A DNA stretch of 64,000 nucleotides from Gemmatimonadota bacterium. GTDB taxonomy: Bacteria > Gemmatimonadota > Gemmatimonadetes > Gemmatimonadales > GWC2-71-9. Under the pieces are notes generated by a model. The model saw only the letters and a program-made list of their open reading frames with translations. It did not search any database and had not been told where the DNA came from. The stretch spans positions 1 to 64,000 of the forward strand of contig JAZDCY010000046.1 in NCBI GenBank assembly GCA_036679645.1, in the 5' to 3' direction. Positions 1 to 11,210 of the stretch are shown here, one piece after another. Both the position numbers and the translations under genes were made by a program. The first letter of the stretch is position 1, and every line of letters begins with the position of its first letter.

Positions 1-323
1 CCCCCCTCTCCCCCCCCAGATGCCAGCTCCAGCCGGGCCGCCAGACGCGTGGCGCAGAGTGCCGCGTTGCCACACATCTCGGCCCTGTGACCGTCGTTAT
101 TGAAGAAATGGAATCGAACAGCGGAAGGCTGCGACCCGGGTTCGAGCACCACCAGACCGTCCGCTCCGACCCCGGTCCCACGGGCGCAGACGGCACGGAT
201 CCGGTCTTCGGTCCAGCTGTCGATGGGACTCGACCTTCCATCCACCATGACGAAGTCGTTTCCCGACCCGGTCATCTTGTAGAAGACCTGCCCGCCTCCG
301 CGCCATCCGCCCGCAACCGTCAC
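1..323 (-). CDS. dapF: Diaminopimelate epimerase, N-terminal part (runs off the window edge; absent from the ORF track)
   Basis: Manual translation from GTG at 323 gives ...FYKMTGSGNDFVMVD...GVGADGLVV...FFNNDGHRAEMCGNAALC, which are DapF motifs including the catalytic Cys. Start overlaps the upstream stop (GTGA). Confidence 0.93.
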   Translation of the reverse strand, partial: MTVAGGWRGGGQVFYKMTGSGNDFVMVDGRSSPIDSWTEDRIRAVCARGTGVGADGLVVLEPGSQPSAVRFHFFNNDGHRAEMCGNAALCATRLAARLELASGGGEG

Positions 324-1042
324 AGTCGTCGAAACACCGACTGAAGCCGGAGCCGCCATACCATCCAGATAGCCTCACGCACGATGGCCCCTGACATCTT
401 GCTCTCCCCGTCTGTCCGATCGGTAAAGACGATCGGGATCTCGACGATCCGGAACCCTTTCCGGTACGCTCGGAAACTCATCTCGATCTGAAACGAATAG
501 CCGTTGGAGCGCACGGCATCCAGATCAACGGCCTCTAGTACGCGGCGCCGAAAGCACTTGAAGCCCCCTGTAGCATCGTCGAGCCGGTGACCGGTCACGA
601 TTCGCGCGTAGAGGTTAGCTAGATAGCTTAGCACCAATCGGGGCATCGGCCAGTTCACAACCGTGACCCGCCCCCTCAGATACCGGCATCCGAGCACCAG
701 ATCGGCGTCCTGCACGGCGGCAAGGAACTCCGGCAGATGTTTGGGATCGTGGGATCCGTCGGCGTCCATCTCGAACACATACTCGTAGTCTCGCTCCAGC
801 GCCCACCTGAAACCTGCCACATACGCCGTGCCGAGCCCAAGCTTGCCCGCCCGGTGTATCACCTGGATGCGCGGCTCATTTGCAGCCAGTGTCTCGGCCC
901 GATCTCCGGTTCCATCGGGAGAGCCGTCGTCAACCACCAGTACCTCGAGACGTGGATCCTGCTCGAGTACCGACAGTACGATCCGCTCCAGGTTCTCGAT
1001 CTCGTTGTACGTCGGGACAATGACCAGCGCCTTATCGGCCAC
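320..1042 (-). CDS. Polyprenol-phosphate mannose synthase-like GT2 (DPM1/Ppm1 family)
   Basis: VPTYNE, VVDDGSPDGT, GLGTAY, EMDADGSH, ATGGFKCFR, GYSFQIE, F.DR..GESKM motifs. Confidence 0.9.
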   Translation of the reverse strand: MADKALVIVPTYNEIENLERIVLSVLEQDPRLEVLVVDDGSPDGTGDRAETLAANEPRIQVIHRAGKLGLGTAYVAGFRWALERDYEYVFEMDADGSHDPKHLPEFLAAVQDADLVLGCRYLRGRVTVVNWPMPRLVLSYLANLYARIVTGHRLDDATGGFKCFRRRVLEAVDLDAVRSNGYSFQIEMSFRAYRKGFRIVEIPIVFTDRTDGESKMSGAIVREAIWMVWRLRLQSVFRRL

Positions 1043-3431
1043 GTCGTCTCCGCATGATAACAGGAACGCCGAAGCTCGCGACCACGATAAGCAGGCTCAC
1101 CAACGTCAGTAGTCTCCCAGTTTCGTACGCCCGACTCCAAAACATGAGTTCCACACGCCGTGCGCCCCGCGTAACCGGGACGGTGATGAGCGACACGTTA
1201 CCCCGCAGCACCTGTGCGTCCTCACCATCCACGGTGGCACGCCAATCGGGATAGTAGTTTTCGGCCACAATGACGTAGCCGTCGGCGGGCGCGGGCTCGT
1301 GCAGTCGAATCGTCATCGCGCCTGGTCGCCACTCGGAGACGGACACACGTAGATCCACCTCATCCGGCAAGGAGTCGAGCGCCACCGGCTCGACCGGCGC
1401 GTCCGGCGGAAGCAATACTAGCCGATCGAACGAGAGATTGGTCTGCATCAATGTCGGGATGGCGCGCTCGTCCTCGATCTTCACCGCGCCTGGCACGAAC
1501 CGCACATACCGCACATCATCGCGCTCGAACAGCTTTGCACGCACGCCGGCCGATGTCTCCACGTCGTCGAGCCGAAGCTGGTACCCGGGAAGCGTATCGA
1601 GCCCAGGCACACCTGCCGGTACGATGACGAACCGCAAGGCGAAGAGATCCCAGAGCCTCGGATTGAACAGGTTGCTCCACCGGTTCTTGCCACCCACGAG
1701 TTCGTCAAAGGCGTGCAACTCGTTGCCATGGTATCCCAACAGCTGTGGAACGTCGAACGCCATGAGCGATGAGCTCGGATAGACGTCCAATGGTGGCTGC
1801 AGCGATCGGGGGAAGTTGAGGACCCGATACGGCCGCGGCACGCCAGCCAGGTAGCCGGTAATTGGGTCGGTCCGATAGAGCCCCGCGCGGGGCGAGTCGG
1901 TGTAGGTCCAGAACGCGCGGGCATTGCGCCACAGATCGCCGCTCACGATTAGCATGAGCGCGGCGGCGAAGAGCGGTCCGGTCAAGCGCTGACGTACGCG
2001 GGCCCAGAGGGCGGCCCCGAGCAACGCCAACGCCAAACCCGACCCGAACGCCCCGAATCTGATAGTCTCCGCACCGGCTAGCGCCATGCTGGCGACCGGC
2101 ATCCGTTGCTCGAGCTCTATCTGCCGCGCGAACGATTCCGCGATTGCGCCGAACCCACCGACGAGTCCGATGAACGCAATCACGCCACCGACGACCATGA
2201 AGGGGACAGCCAGCTTATGCCCTGCCCCGCGCTCCAGCTGCTGCACGCCAAGGGCAGCCAGCGTGGCGATGACCAGGACCACGACATAGAGTGCCATGCC
2301 GGGCGCACGCGTCTGCTTCACGAACGGCATGACCTCGTACCACACGCGATAGAACGGTGTGGCGGCGCCGAGCGCGACCAGCAGGAACAGCACCCCTAGC
2401 CCCACGAGCCAATAGACAAGACGGCGGTGCGTCGATCGGAAGCCCAGGAGGGCGAGCGCAATGACCGGAAGGCCCAGGTACTCCGAATGGAGCTTCAGAG
2501 GATTGGTCGCCCAATAGGTACCGTTGGTTGTCTCGCCGGCGAACCGCGCCAGAAAGAACTCGGGCACGTGGAGCCACGGGATGGCGTAGGACGCCGAACC
2601 CTCGAACCCGCGATACCCCTCGGCGCGTGGCGAGAAGGGGAGGTACTCGAAGAACGGCAGAATCTGGATCATGCCAATGCCGAAGCCCACGAGCACCGCC
2701 GCCAAGGCCAGTGTCAGGGCAGTCAGCCGTTCCGGGAGCGGTCGCTCGCCCCGCTCGCCAAACGCGAGGTAGAGCGCAAAGATGCCCGCCACGATGAGCA
2801 TGTAATACGTCATCTGGGCGTGTGGACTCACAAGTGCCAAGCCCACGGCCAATGCCACGATGCCGTACCCGGTAACCCTCTTCTCACGCATCCCCATCAA
2901 GAGCCCGAGCAGTGCCAGCGGCAGTAGCGTCGTAACGAACAGTTTGCCGTCGTGCCCCGGCTGTACGTAGCTGCCGATTACGCCGGACAACTGATAGGCC
3001 AGTCCGCCAACGACGGCGCCCAACCACGATACCTTCATTCGCCGCAGCAATAAGTAGAGAAACAGTGCCGCGAGGAAGTAGTGAATGACGAAGCCGAGGT
3101 TCATGGCAACGTCGGTCGGGAGCACGAGCCGCAACCAGGAGGTGGGATAAAAAATGTCACCGTGCATCGCCCCGACGAACGGCATGCCACCAAAGAGATC
3201 GGGGTTCCACAACGGTATCCTGCCGGTGGCCTTCCACTCGGTGGCCAGCCAGTCGCGGAAGGCGAAGCCCGCATCGTACTGATCGCTGAACCGGCCCGCG
3301 AGAAACCGTCCCGACAACATGGGGAGCGCGAGAATCGCAACCCAGATCGAGAAAATCCCGGACGCGATGAGGGTCGGTTTCGGTGGTGCGTACGGCTCGG
3401 AGACCTTCTCTACCGCATCACGTTCGGTCAT
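1032..3431 (-). CDS. YfhO-like polytopic membrane protein (putative GT-C glycosyltransferase)
   Basis: IPLWNP..FGGMPF...FYP N-terminal motif, many TM segments, C-terminal ENYYPDWRATVDG. ATG at 3431 chosen over the ORF-track start. Confidence 0.8.
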   Translation of the reverse strand: MTERDAVEKVSEPYAPPKPTLIASGIFSIWVAILALPMLSGRFLAGRFSDQYDAGFAFRDWLATEWKATGRIPLWNPDLFGGMPFVGAMHGDIFYPTSWLRLVLPTDVAMNLGFVIHYFLAALFLYLLLRRMKVSWLGAVVGGLAYQLSGVIGSYVQPGHDGKLFVTTLLPLALLGLLMGMREKRVTGYGIVALAVGLALVSPHAQMTYYMLIVAGIFALYLAFGERGERPLPERLTALTLALAAVLVGFGIGMIQILPFFEYLPFSPRAEGYRGFEGSASYAIPWLHVPEFFLARFAGETTNGTYWATNPLKLHSEYLGLPVIALALLGFRSTHRRLVYWLVGLGVLFLLVALGAATPFYRVWYEVMPFVKQTRAPGMALYVVVLVIATLAALGVQQLERGAGHKLAVPFMVVGGVIAFIGLVGGFGAIAESFARQIELEQRMPVASMALAGAETIRFGAFGSGLALALLGAALWARVRQRLTGPLFAAALMLIVSGDLWRNARAFWTYTDSPRAGLYRTDPITGYLAGVPRPYRVLNFPRSLQPPLDVYPSSSLMAFDVPQLLGYHGNELHAFDELVGGKNRWSNLFNPRLWDLFALRFVIVPAGVPGLDTLPGYQLRLDDVETSAGVRAKLFERDDVRYVRFVPGAVKIEDERAIPTLMQTNLSFDRLVLLPPDAPVEPVALDSLPDEVDLRVSVSEWRPGAMTIRLHEPAPADGYVIVAENYYPDWRATVDGEDAQVLRGNVSLITVPVTRGARRVELMFWSRAYETGRLLTLVSLLIVVASFGVPVIMRRRRGR

Positions 3432-4329
3432 CGTCCATATGATCGCTCGGGATGAGCAGCCCTGCGGCAGCTGCCCCAACTTCGGTAATGGTCAGTAACA
3501 ACCTCGATCCCACACTCAGCGCGATGGCCCCTCCGCTGCCCAGCGAGGGCGTCAACAGACCAATGAGAATTGCCTCCCGCACTCCTACCCCACCGGGGGC
3601 AATAATCGCCACAAGGCCTGTAATGTAACCGGCCGCGAACACGCCGATGGCCGTGCCGATCGACAACGTGTTTGTCCCAAGCAGCCCGCGTGCAAGGCAC
3701 CAGAACGCGAAGCCGTAGGCGACCCAACTCACGGCCGCAGCAAGGAACGCCTGCACGAGCGCCGCCGGGCGTAACGCGCGCAAATCCTCTCGACCGAGAA
3801 GCCGCGCGAGCAAACGAAACGGTGCGGGCATCGTGAGGCAAACGATCATTGCCAACGCAACCGCACCTGCGACGGCGAGCCACACGGCGGACACGACACC
3901 TCGTGCCGTCGCCGCCGTGATGGCAACGCCAGTCCCCACCGCGATCACCTGCATCGTCACAGCGGATCCTCCGGCAGCCCAACCGGCGACCCCACGGCGC
4001 TGGGCCAACACCGCGAGACCGGCGATGCTCCACACCTTCCCCGGCAGGTATCGGCCCAGGTTGGAGAGAGTCCATATGCGCACGGCGTGAGTATATGAGA
4101 GCGTCTGCTCCCACCCGGTCAGTACGCGGCGCCACGCCTCGATCAACAGCGCGTAGGTTCCCCACACGGTCAACGCGGAAACAACGATCCATCCAGGACG
4201 GACGGTGAACGCGAAGTGGGTATCCCGAAACGCATCCCAGTTGCCGGCGATGGCCCGCCAGACGAACAGCCCGATCGCGAGCGCGATCCCGACCTGTGCG
4301 ACCCAGAACACGCGCGTTCGCGTACTCAC
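3418..4329 (-). CDS. Lysylphosphatidylglycerol synthase TM domain / flippase-like protein (UPF0104)
   Basis: Hydrophobic protein with SNLGRYLPGKVW and APGGVGVRE motifs. Confidence 0.8.
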   Translation of the reverse strand: MSTRTRVFWVAQVGIALAIGLFVWRAIAGNWDAFRDTHFAFTVRPGWIVVSALTVWGTYALLIEAWRRVLTGWEQTLSYTHAVRIWTLSNLGRYLPGKVWSIAGLAVLAQRRGVAGWAAGGSAVTMQVIAVGTGVAITAATARGVVSAVWLAVAGAVALAMIVCLTMPAPFRLLARLLGREDLRALRPAALVQAFLAAAVSWVAYGFAFWCLARGLLGTNTLSIGTAIGVFAAGYITGLVAIIAPGGVGVREAILIGLLTPSLGSGGAIALSVGSRLLLTITEVGAAAAGLLIPSDHMDDDRT

Positions 4330-5480
4330 GCCGGCCTTGCAAGTACGTGCTCGTACACCGTCTCGAATGCTGCCGCAACCGTCTCCGGCGCGAGCCGGTG
4401 ACGCAACGACTCGCCGGCACGCACCGCAGCGGCACGGGCCGTGGCATTATGTCGAAGCGCGTCGATGGCCTGCGCCAGCGCGCGGGGATCGTTCGCTGGT
4501 ACGACGCGTCCGGCCTCGGACGTCACGATGTCCATCACCCCACCGCCGTCTTGCGCCACCACGACGGGGATGCCGAGTCCCAACGCTTCGGCCACGGCCA
4601 GCCCAAAGCCCTCACCACGCGCTGGAAATGCAAACACATCGGCTCCGGCAACCGCATCACCCACAGCATTTGGCGCGACGGCACCGAGAAACCGCACGCG
4701 TGCAGCAATGCCGAGGGTGGCCACGAGCTGTTCCAGGTGCGGACGCTCCGGTCCGTCGCCTACGATGCGCAGCAAGACGGACGGATCGGCAAGATGCGGC
4801 ACGGCGCGAAGCAAGAGGTCGAGTCGTTTCTGACGGGTGAGCCGACCCACCGTCACAAGGCCGGATGTCCCTCCGGTGCGTGGGGTGGGGAGGGTCGACG
4901 GCATTGGCTGCACGGTGAGCGAGCGTGGCGTGACGCCGCACGCCTCCACGGTGTCGGCGAGGTACTGCGATACGGCGGTGACGGCCGCGGCGCGCCGGAA
5001 GACCGGCCGCGCGAGGCGCCGCGCGATCCAGGATCGCGCGAGAATCGCGACGTCGGTTCCGTGGAGAGTGAGCACATAGGGCAGTTCGCTTCCGCGTACG
5101 GCGCCCGCGGCCGCTAGACCACCAGGTATCCACCAATGAGCGTGAACGATGTCAGCCGGTTCCTCGTGTATCGCGTCGACTACCCCGCGCCGCATGGCAC
5201 CAATCAGCCGCCACGCGGTCCAGACTCCCGATGGTCTGCGGGCCGCCTCAGCCATCGTCCCGCGGTAGGCTAAGGTCTCACGCCGGGAGGACGCATAGCG
5301 CACCCGCGTGACGCGCACGCCGCCCCGGACATCCTGCCCTCCCTTACCCTGGTCCGAAGGTGCAATGAGGCGCACGACATGTCCCCGTGCACCCAGTGCC
5401 AAGCAAAGCCGCTCGATGAAAGCGCCCGCGATGTCCCCGTCCCAGCGTGGATAGGAGTGGGCTACGCAGACGATACGCAA
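4326..5480 (-). CDS. GT4 family glycosyltransferase
   Basis: HSYPRW, HAHWW, TLHGTD, VGRL..QKR, EGFGLAVAEA (EX7E). Probable TTG start at 5480, just after the upstream stop. Confidence 0.87.
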   Translation of the reverse strand: MRIVCVAHSYPRWDGDIAGAFIERLCLALGARGHVVRLIAPSDQGKGGQDVRGGVRVTRVRYASSRRETLAYRGTMAEAARRPSGVWTAWRLIGAMRRGVVDAIHEEPADIVHAHWWIPGGLAAAGAVRGSELPYVLTLHGTDVAILARSWIARRLARPVFRRAAAVTAVSQYLADTVEACGVTPRSLTVQPMPSTLPTPRTGGTSGLVTVGRLTRQKRLDLLLRAVPHLADPSVLLRIVGDGPERPHLEQLVATLGIAARVRFLGAVAPNAVGDAVAGADVFAFPARGEGFGLAVAEALGLGIPVVVAQDGGGVMDIVTSEAGRVVPANDPRALAQAIDALRHNATARAAAVRAGESLRHRLAPETVAAAFETVYEHVLARPA

Positions 5481-5487
5481 CTGAATC

Positions 5488-6453
5488 TCAGGGCTTCCGG
5501 CGTTCCAGCTCGGCAGATAGTCGGTCCACCGATCGTCCCAGCACGCGCAACTCCTCGTGAACACCGGCCAGCATCTCCCCGACGAAACCGAACCCGAAGA
5601 GCGCTATACCCGAGATCACCAACACCATTACCAGGTCAAGGAGCGGCCGGAACCCCATGTGGAACCCGAACCGCAGCACCAGGGCCACGAGACCGACGAG
5701 AAAGCCCAGCGCAAAGAGCAGTCCGCCCGACACCCCGAAGAAGAGCATGGGTTTACGCCCGAACCGGAGCTGGAACCAGACGGACATGAGGTCGAACACG
5801 CCCACCGGAATACGCCCGAGCCCGAACTTCGACTCGCCGGCACGTCGGGGATGAAGTGTCACCGGCCGTTCGGCTAATCGGTACCCCTCCGCCGCACCAA
5901 TCACAGCCATGAACCGGTGCCAGTCGGGTCGCGCCGGAATGGCCCCCATCACCTCCCGCCGATACGCCTTGACCGCGTTGAGATCGGTCACGCGGATGCC
6001 AAAGAGCCAGCGGCACAGCCGATTGTAGATGCCGGACACGAACGCCTTCTCGTATTGGCCCTGTTTGGTACCGGTCACGATGTCGGCATCGCCCGCGCGA
6101 ATCGGGTCGACTAGTTGGGGGATCTCGCTGGGCGAGAACTGGAGGTCGGCCGGATAGAAGACGAAGATCCGCCCGCTCGCGGCTTCACCCGCCGACCGCA
6201 AGGCGTCGGCGATGCCCCGCTGCGCGCGGTGCGTCACTACACGCAGAAACGGGTACTCCTGTTGGAGCCGCTCGAGCACCTCCGGAGTGGCGTCCTCGCT
6301 CCCGTCGTCTACGACGACGACCTCGCAACCATAGGGCACGTCCGCCAACGCGTCGGCACACTGTTTCATGAACTCCGGTAGGTTCTCGGCCTCATCTTTG
6401 GCCGGGACCAGGACGCTGAGCTCCGCCGTTGCGTCCTTGGCCACGAGCGTCAT
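5488..6453 (-). CDS. GT2 glycosyltransferase with two C-terminal TM helices (ArnC/GtrB-like)
   Basis: VPAKDEAENL, VVDDGSED, ADLQ, HPRRAGESKF, then two TM segments. Confidence 0.85.
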   Translation of the reverse strand: MTLVAKDATAELSVLVPAKDEAENLPEFMKQCADALADVPYGCEVVVVDDGSEDATPEVLERLQQEYPFLRVVTHRAQRGIADALRSAGEAASGRIFVFYPADLQFSPSEIPQLVDPIRAGDADIVTGTKQGQYEKAFVSGIYNRLCRWLFGIRVTDLNAVKAYRREVMGAIPARPDWHRFMAVIGAAEGYRLAERPVTLHPRRAGESKFGLGRIPVGVFDLMSVWFQLRFGRKPMLFFGVSGGLLFALGFLVGLVALVLRFGFHMGFRPLLDLVMVLVISGIALFGFGFVGEMLAGVHEELRVLGRSVDRLSAELERRKP

Positions 6454-8174
6454 ATGCGCTTTCGCATGCGCGCGGGGAGAATACCGAGCTGATCGCGGTA
6501 CTTGGCGACGGTCCGGCGCGCAATCTGGACGCCGCGATTCTTGAGCGCGTCAACGATCTCGGCATCGGTGAGTGGCTTGGCCGTGTTCTCGTCACCGACG
6601 AGCTTCTGGATCTGAGCGCGCACCGCCCGCGCACTGGCATCTTCGCCCGATGTCGTGCCCAGGCTGCTCGAGAAGAAGAACTTCAGCGCGAAGACACCGC
6701 GTGGCGTCTGCACGTACTTCTGGTTGGTCACGCGACTCACCGTCGATTCGTGCATGTCGATCACTTCAGCCACTTCGCGCAACGTCAGGGGCTTGAGCTG
6801 TTCGATCCCTTTCTCGAAGAACTCGCGTTGCCGATCGACGATGAAGTTCATCACCTTCAACATCGTCTGCCGGCGTTGCTCGATTGCCTGGATGAGCCAG
6901 CTCGCCCCATTCAGTTTCTCGGTTATGAACTCGCGCGTCTCACCGACGAAGGCCTTCTTGTCGCCGGCTAGACTCTGGTACACTTTGCTGATGCGCAGAC
7001 GCGGCATGCCCATGTCGTTCAGGAACACGCGGTACTCGCCCTCGATTTTCTGGAGGATGAGATCTGGAGTTACATACTCGTCGTCCGATGGGAGATACTG
7101 GAGCCCCGGCTTGGGATCGAGCTTGGCCAATTCGTCGGCAGCATCCTGCACCGCTTTGGGATCGATCGCGTAACGCTTGGCAATGTCACTCCAGCGGTGT
7201 CCAATCAGGTCGTCGAACGCCTCATTGACCAGTTTGTACGTGAGCGTGTCCTCCAACTGCAGCTCGACGAGCTGTAACAGCAGGCATTCGCGCAGGTCGC
7301 GCGCAGCCGTTCCCGGCGGATCGAGTCGGTGCATGACGTGCAGCATCTCCTCGACTTCTTCGATGGTGAACAGCGGCTCGTCACCCCAAGCGGGACTCTC
7401 GGGAGGCGCAACGGCGACGATCGGTGCGAACTCGACGGCATCGTCGGCAGACACCGGTTCGGCCACCGGCTCCGCGGACACCGGCTGGGCCGGTGTGTCA
7501 TCGGACACGGGATCGGTTGCCAGCACCTGCTCTTCGATCCCAACGACATGCAATGCAGGGAGCGGATTGTTTGGTTCATCGCCCGGCTCATCCACCGGCT
7601 CATCGGTCTCGACCTCGTTGGTTTCTGGTTCCGGAGTCTCCGGTTCCAGGAGCGGCGGACCAGTTCCGTCGACTGCCCAACGGTTGATGCCTTCGAGGAT
7701 CTCCTCGAGCGAGGCCTTGAGGTAGCCATCGTCACCTATGTTGCCGAGGAACTCGTCGGCTAGTAGGCGCTGCCGATCGGTCAGCTCCAGCATGCGGAGC
7801 TGGTCGCGTAGGTGATCGGTCAGCACGCGCGTCTGCACCGGTACGCGCTCGAACGTCTCCGGATTCTCGCTCAGATCGCGCGCGCCCGACCCGCTCACCT
7901 GAAACCCGTCGAGGATGATCTCTTCCCAATCGGTTTCGTCTTCTTTCTTCTTGTCCTCTTCCTTCTTGCGCTCCGCATCCGCCGCGAGCTCCTCTTCCGT
8001 CGGCTCGTCCTCGGGCTCGACCATCTCGAGGAACGGATTGACGAGGAGTTCCTGCTTGAGATGTTGTTGCAGATCGAGCAGCGGCATGTAGAGCAGATCC
8101 ATCGCCTGGTACAGGCGAGGGTTCATGCGCAGGTCTTGCCGCAGGGACTGGGACTGCTGCATGGATATCTTCAT
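6450..8174 (-). CDS. rpoN: RNA polymerase sigma-54 factor
   Basis: Gln/Leu-rich region I, NPFLE, HESTVSR and RpoN box ARRTVAKYR. Confidence 0.97.
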   Translation of the reverse strand: MKISMQQSQSLRQDLRMNPRLYQAMDLLYMPLLDLQQHLKQELLVNPFLEMVEPEDEPTEEELAADAERKKEEDKKKEDETDWEEIILDGFQVSGSGARDLSENPETFERVPVQTRVLTDHLRDQLRMLELTDRQRLLADEFLGNIGDDGYLKASLEEILEGINRWAVDGTGPPLLEPETPEPETNEVETDEPVDEPGDEPNNPLPALHVVGIEEQVLATDPVSDDTPAQPVSAEPVAEPVSADDAVEFAPIVAVAPPESPAWGDEPLFTIEEVEEMLHVMHRLDPPGTAARDLRECLLLQLVELQLEDTLTYKLVNEAFDDLIGHRWSDIAKRYAIDPKAVQDAADELAKLDPKPGLQYLPSDDEYVTPDLILQKIEGEYRVFLNDMGMPRLRISKVYQSLAGDKKAFVGETREFITEKLNGASWLIQAIEQRRQTMLKVMNFIVDRQREFFEKGIEQLKPLTLREVAEVIDMHESTVSRVTNQKYVQTPRGVFALKFFFSSSLGTTSGEDASARAVRAQIQKLVGDENTAKPLTDAEIVDALKNRGVQIARRTVAKYRDQLGILPARMRKRI

Positions 8175-9367
8175 GCCACCGCCCCCAGCCGTTCGCGCAA
8201 CCGCTCGGTCAGCGTCGGACCCAAGTACAGATCCGCCACCTGATCGTTGAAGACGAGATCGCGCACATTTCCGGAGACCTGGACCTTACCCTCGAACACG
8301 ATGTATGCCCGATCCACGATATCGAGCGTCTGCTCAACGTTGTGATCGGTGATCAGCACACCGATACCGCGGGTCCGCAGCGATGCGACGATCGTCTGGA
8401 TGTCGTGCACGGCGATTGGATCGACTCCGGCAAAGGGCTCGTCGAGCAACATGAACTTGGGCTCGGTCACGAGTGCCCGCGTGATCTCGAGCCGGCGTCG
8501 CTCACCGCCCGAGAGCTTGAACGCTTGAACGGCGCGGAGGTGCTTGATCGACAACTCGTCGAGCAGTGATTCGAGTCGCTCCTCACGTTCAGCCTTACTG
8601 AGCGACAGCGACTCGAGGATGGCGAGCACGTTCTGCTCGACGGTCAGCTTCCGGAACACGGAGGGTTCTTGCGCCAGGTAGCCGATTCCGCGACGCGCAC
8701 GCTTATACATCGGCAGGTGCGAGATGTCACCTCCGTCGATGCGGATGCGTCCCGCATCTGGCCGGATCAGCCCAACGATCATATAGAAAATCGTGGTCTT
8801 GCCTGCGCCGTTCGGTCCCAGAAGGCCGACGATCTCGCCCTGTTGCAGGGAGATGTCGACGTTATCGACGACGCGACGGCGGCGGTAGACCTTGGTGAGA
8901 CCGTGGGCCGTGAGTTCGCTACCGGCCGGTGCCGCCGGGGTGGTATGTGACGCGGCCTCCGCCGCTCGCAACCGCTCCACTGCCGCCGCGGCAAGACGCT
9001 GGCGCAGCGTCGCGCGCTGGGCGGGCGTGTCGAGCGCGGGACCATTCCACTGACCAGCCACGAAATGAATGGGCGTCCTGTCATCGATGAGCGCGGGCAG
9101 CGGAGCGAGCACACCCTCGGTGACCAGGCGTGGCAAGACGGAGGCCCGCAGATAGCGCCGTACCTCATCTACCGACAGCGTACCGCGTTCCGTGCTGCCG
9201 CCGAGCCCCGCCGCGCGGCTCGTGTCGAGGTGCTCCTCCCGGTACGCCACGGCGAGCGTCCCGAAATCCGTCACGCCATCGTCATTGGCCACATTGAGCA
9301 GCGCCGCAACCGCAATGGGGATGGACGGGTTTCGATCGGCGAGCACGGCATCGAGTCCACCGATCAT
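8171..9367 (-). CDS. lptB: LPS export ABC ATPase with a long N-terminal extension
   Basis: [43 protein letters not shown]; lies directly upstream of rpoN. Confidence 0.92.
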   Translation of the reverse strand: MIGGLDAVLADRNPSIPIAVAALLNVANDDGVTDFGTLAVAYREEHLDTSRAAGLGGSTERGTLSVDEVRRYLRASVLPRLVTEGVLAPLPALIDDRTPIHFVAGQWNGPALDTPAQRATLRQRLAAAAVERLRAAEAASHTTPAAPAGSELTAHGLTKVYRRRRVVDNVDISLQQGEIVGLLGPNGAGKTTIFYMIVGLIRPDAGRIRIDGGDISHLPMYKRARRGIGYLAQEPSVFRKLTVEQNVLAILESLSLSKAEREERLESLLDELSIKHLRAVQAFKLSGGERRRLEITRALVTEPKFMLLDEPFAGVDPIAVHDIQTIVASLRTRGIGVLITDHNVEQTLDIVDRAYIVFEGKVQVSGNVRDLVFNDQVADLYLGPTLTERLRERLGAVA

Positions 9368-10635
9368 GACGGTTCCCGGCCTCGCGGTGCCTCGAGGTAG
9401 ACGCCGTCCGTCTGACCGATAATATCGACGCGGCGGACCTGCTCATTCGCAAAGAGAGCAATAATCCGATCGCCGCGCGAATACGAGATGTCGGGCAATG
9501 CGCCGGGCGGACGGCCCTCCGGATACACGCGATAGTGGGCGCGTGCATTGCCTACGGCATCCAGCCGCACCAGGGCGCGCCGGCCAGATGCAGTGGAGTC
9601 GAACCGCGCAACTACCGTATCGCCAACGACCCAATCGACGTCGTTGTCCACGGAGTCCCGTTTGGACGTCGCGCGCGCGTTACCAATTCCCCGGACAGCG
9701 GAAAGCTCCTGGCCCGGCGCTTCGATAACGAGCGAATCTGCAGTGATGCGGTTCTTGACGGACATGGCGCGGGCCGGCACCGAATCGCTGCCCCACGCGT
9801 TCCCGCGCTGCAACCTGTTGGTGTCCGCCACGATACGCCAATCGTCGCTCGTGGCGTCCGCTCCGCCCTCCGCCTGCGCCCATGTGAGTGCGTTGTCGTC
9901 GAGGCGATACTCGATGACCCGGCCATTCAACGAGTAGCTGGACGAATCCCCCCCCGTGACGCCCGCGTGGCCAACCAGCGTCCCGGCGCCAACATCCGTG
10001 TTCAATACGGCGCTATCTGAACGCGCTGTGAAATCACTGCGGTCGATGGTCACCGTGCCCACCGCGTGGGCGGTGTGCTCTCCAAGCAGCCTGACCCGAT
10101 CGGCGACGATGACGTACGGCTCCGTGTCAGCCGAGTCCAGCCCCGAACGGTACTCGATCGTCGGCCGGCGCGTCGCCACCCATTCGCTCGTATCACGCAC
10201 CCCCTCGACGGCCCTGCGATACACCAGGTTCGGCCCGCGTAGCACCGACCCCGTCTTCAGGTTCCGCAGTACCGCATTACCGTACGCTTCCAAGCGCTCA
10301 TCCGAGAGGAAGTAGCTGGCGCGGTCGGCGGTCAGCTCCACGCTCTCGTCCCGGAACAGCATGTTGCCTACCATGTCGAACCGATCGCGTTCCTGATACC
10401 AGGCCACCGAGTCGGAATACCAGTTGGTGATCTGGCGGATGCAGTGCGCCCAGATACCGCCATTACCGTAGTGGTGAATCCACCCGCCGGTGACCGTGAT
10501 CTGACGGCCCACTCCACCCGTCCGGTCGATCTCCACCTCACAGGTGCGGGCACCCTGCGCCACGACTGCCCGCAGCGGCACGCTCAGCGCGACGGCGGCG
10601 ACCGCAAACAGCAGACGGCGATGATGACGCGTCAC
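9364..10635 (-). CDS. Exported OstA/LptA-like beta-jellyroll repeat protein
   Basis: GTG at 10635 overlaps the lptC stop; signal peptide ending AVVAQ; repeated A.G.../AD.. beta-jellyroll-like units; sits between lptC and lptB. Confidence 0.72.
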   Translation of the reverse strand: MTRHHRRLLFAVAAVALSVPLRAVVAQGARTCEVEIDRTGGVGRQITVTGGWIHHYGNGGIWAHCIRQITNWYSDSVAWYQERDRFDMVGNMLFRDESVELTADRASYFLSDERLEAYGNAVLRNLKTGSVLRGPNLVYRRAVEGVRDTSEWVATRRPTIEYRSGLDSADTEPYVIVADRVRLLGEHTAHAVGTVTIDRSDFTARSDSAVLNTDVGAGTLVGHAGVTGGDSSSYSLNGRVIEYRLDDNALTWAQAEGGADATSDDWRIVADTNRLQRGNAWGSDSVPARAMSVKNRITADSLVIEAPGQELSAVRGIGNARATSKRDSVDNDVDWVVGDTVVARFDSTASGRRALVRLDAVGNARAHYRVYPEGRPPGALPDISYSRGDRIIALFANEQVRRVDIIGQTDGVYLEAPRGREPS

Positions 10636-11210
10636 TGACGCTCCACATCGACGCGCCCAACCGTTCCGCGTGGTTGGGTGGCAACCAGATCGCGGAAATC
10701 GGGATCGGACGTGAACGATCCGCCCTCGATACGCCGGTTGAGTGCGGTGTAGACGAACGGTTCGGAACCGTTGATGCGGTTGTCGTTGCCGGTGTAGTTG
10801 AGAATCGATGTCTCCAGACGACGACCGTCCGGAGTCACACCAATGACGTTGCCGCGCGCCTCCATGTTGCCGGTGCGCCAGTAGTAGGTCCCCTCCTCCG
10901 ACGTGAGTGTGGAGGTCTCCTCGCCTTGCAGCGAGTAGAAGGTGACGCGCACGCCGATCATATCCGCGGTTTGGGGGCTCTGGTAGAAATAGGCGGTGTC
11001 GGCCTCGAGCCGCGCCCGCCGTAGCCCGTCCACTGTGAGATAATGCGTGACGCCATACGCAATTTGATCGGCGGAGTCGGCAATCCCGACGGTAGTCGGC
11101 GGCTGCTCCATGGACGAGCCACACGCCATTGTCCCGGCGGCGACCATCACCCCCGCCAGCGCGGACCATCCCACGGACCCGGCGCGCGTCAGATCAGCGG
11201 ATAATCGCAC
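10632..11210 (-). CDS. lptC: LPS export protein LptC (start uncertain)
   Basis: ARLEADTA, STLTSEEG.Y, MEARGNV, LETSIL; position between kdsC and the LptA-like gene. Confidence 0.8.
   Translation of the reverse strand: MRLSADLTRAGSVGWSALAGVMVAAGTMACGSSMEQPPTTVGIADSADQIAYGVTHYLTVDGLRRARLEADTAYFYQSPQTADMIGVRVTFYSLQGEETSTLTSEEGTYYWRTGNMEARGNVIGVTPDGRRLETSILNYTGNDNRINGSEPFVYTALNRRIEGGSFTSDPDFRDLVATQPRGTVGRVDVERQ

Noticed and set aside
10636..11169. N-terminal 178 aa of the 601-aa ORF 9364-11169
   Set aside because: It overlaps lptC in another frame; the GTG at 10635 with a signal peptide is the better start.
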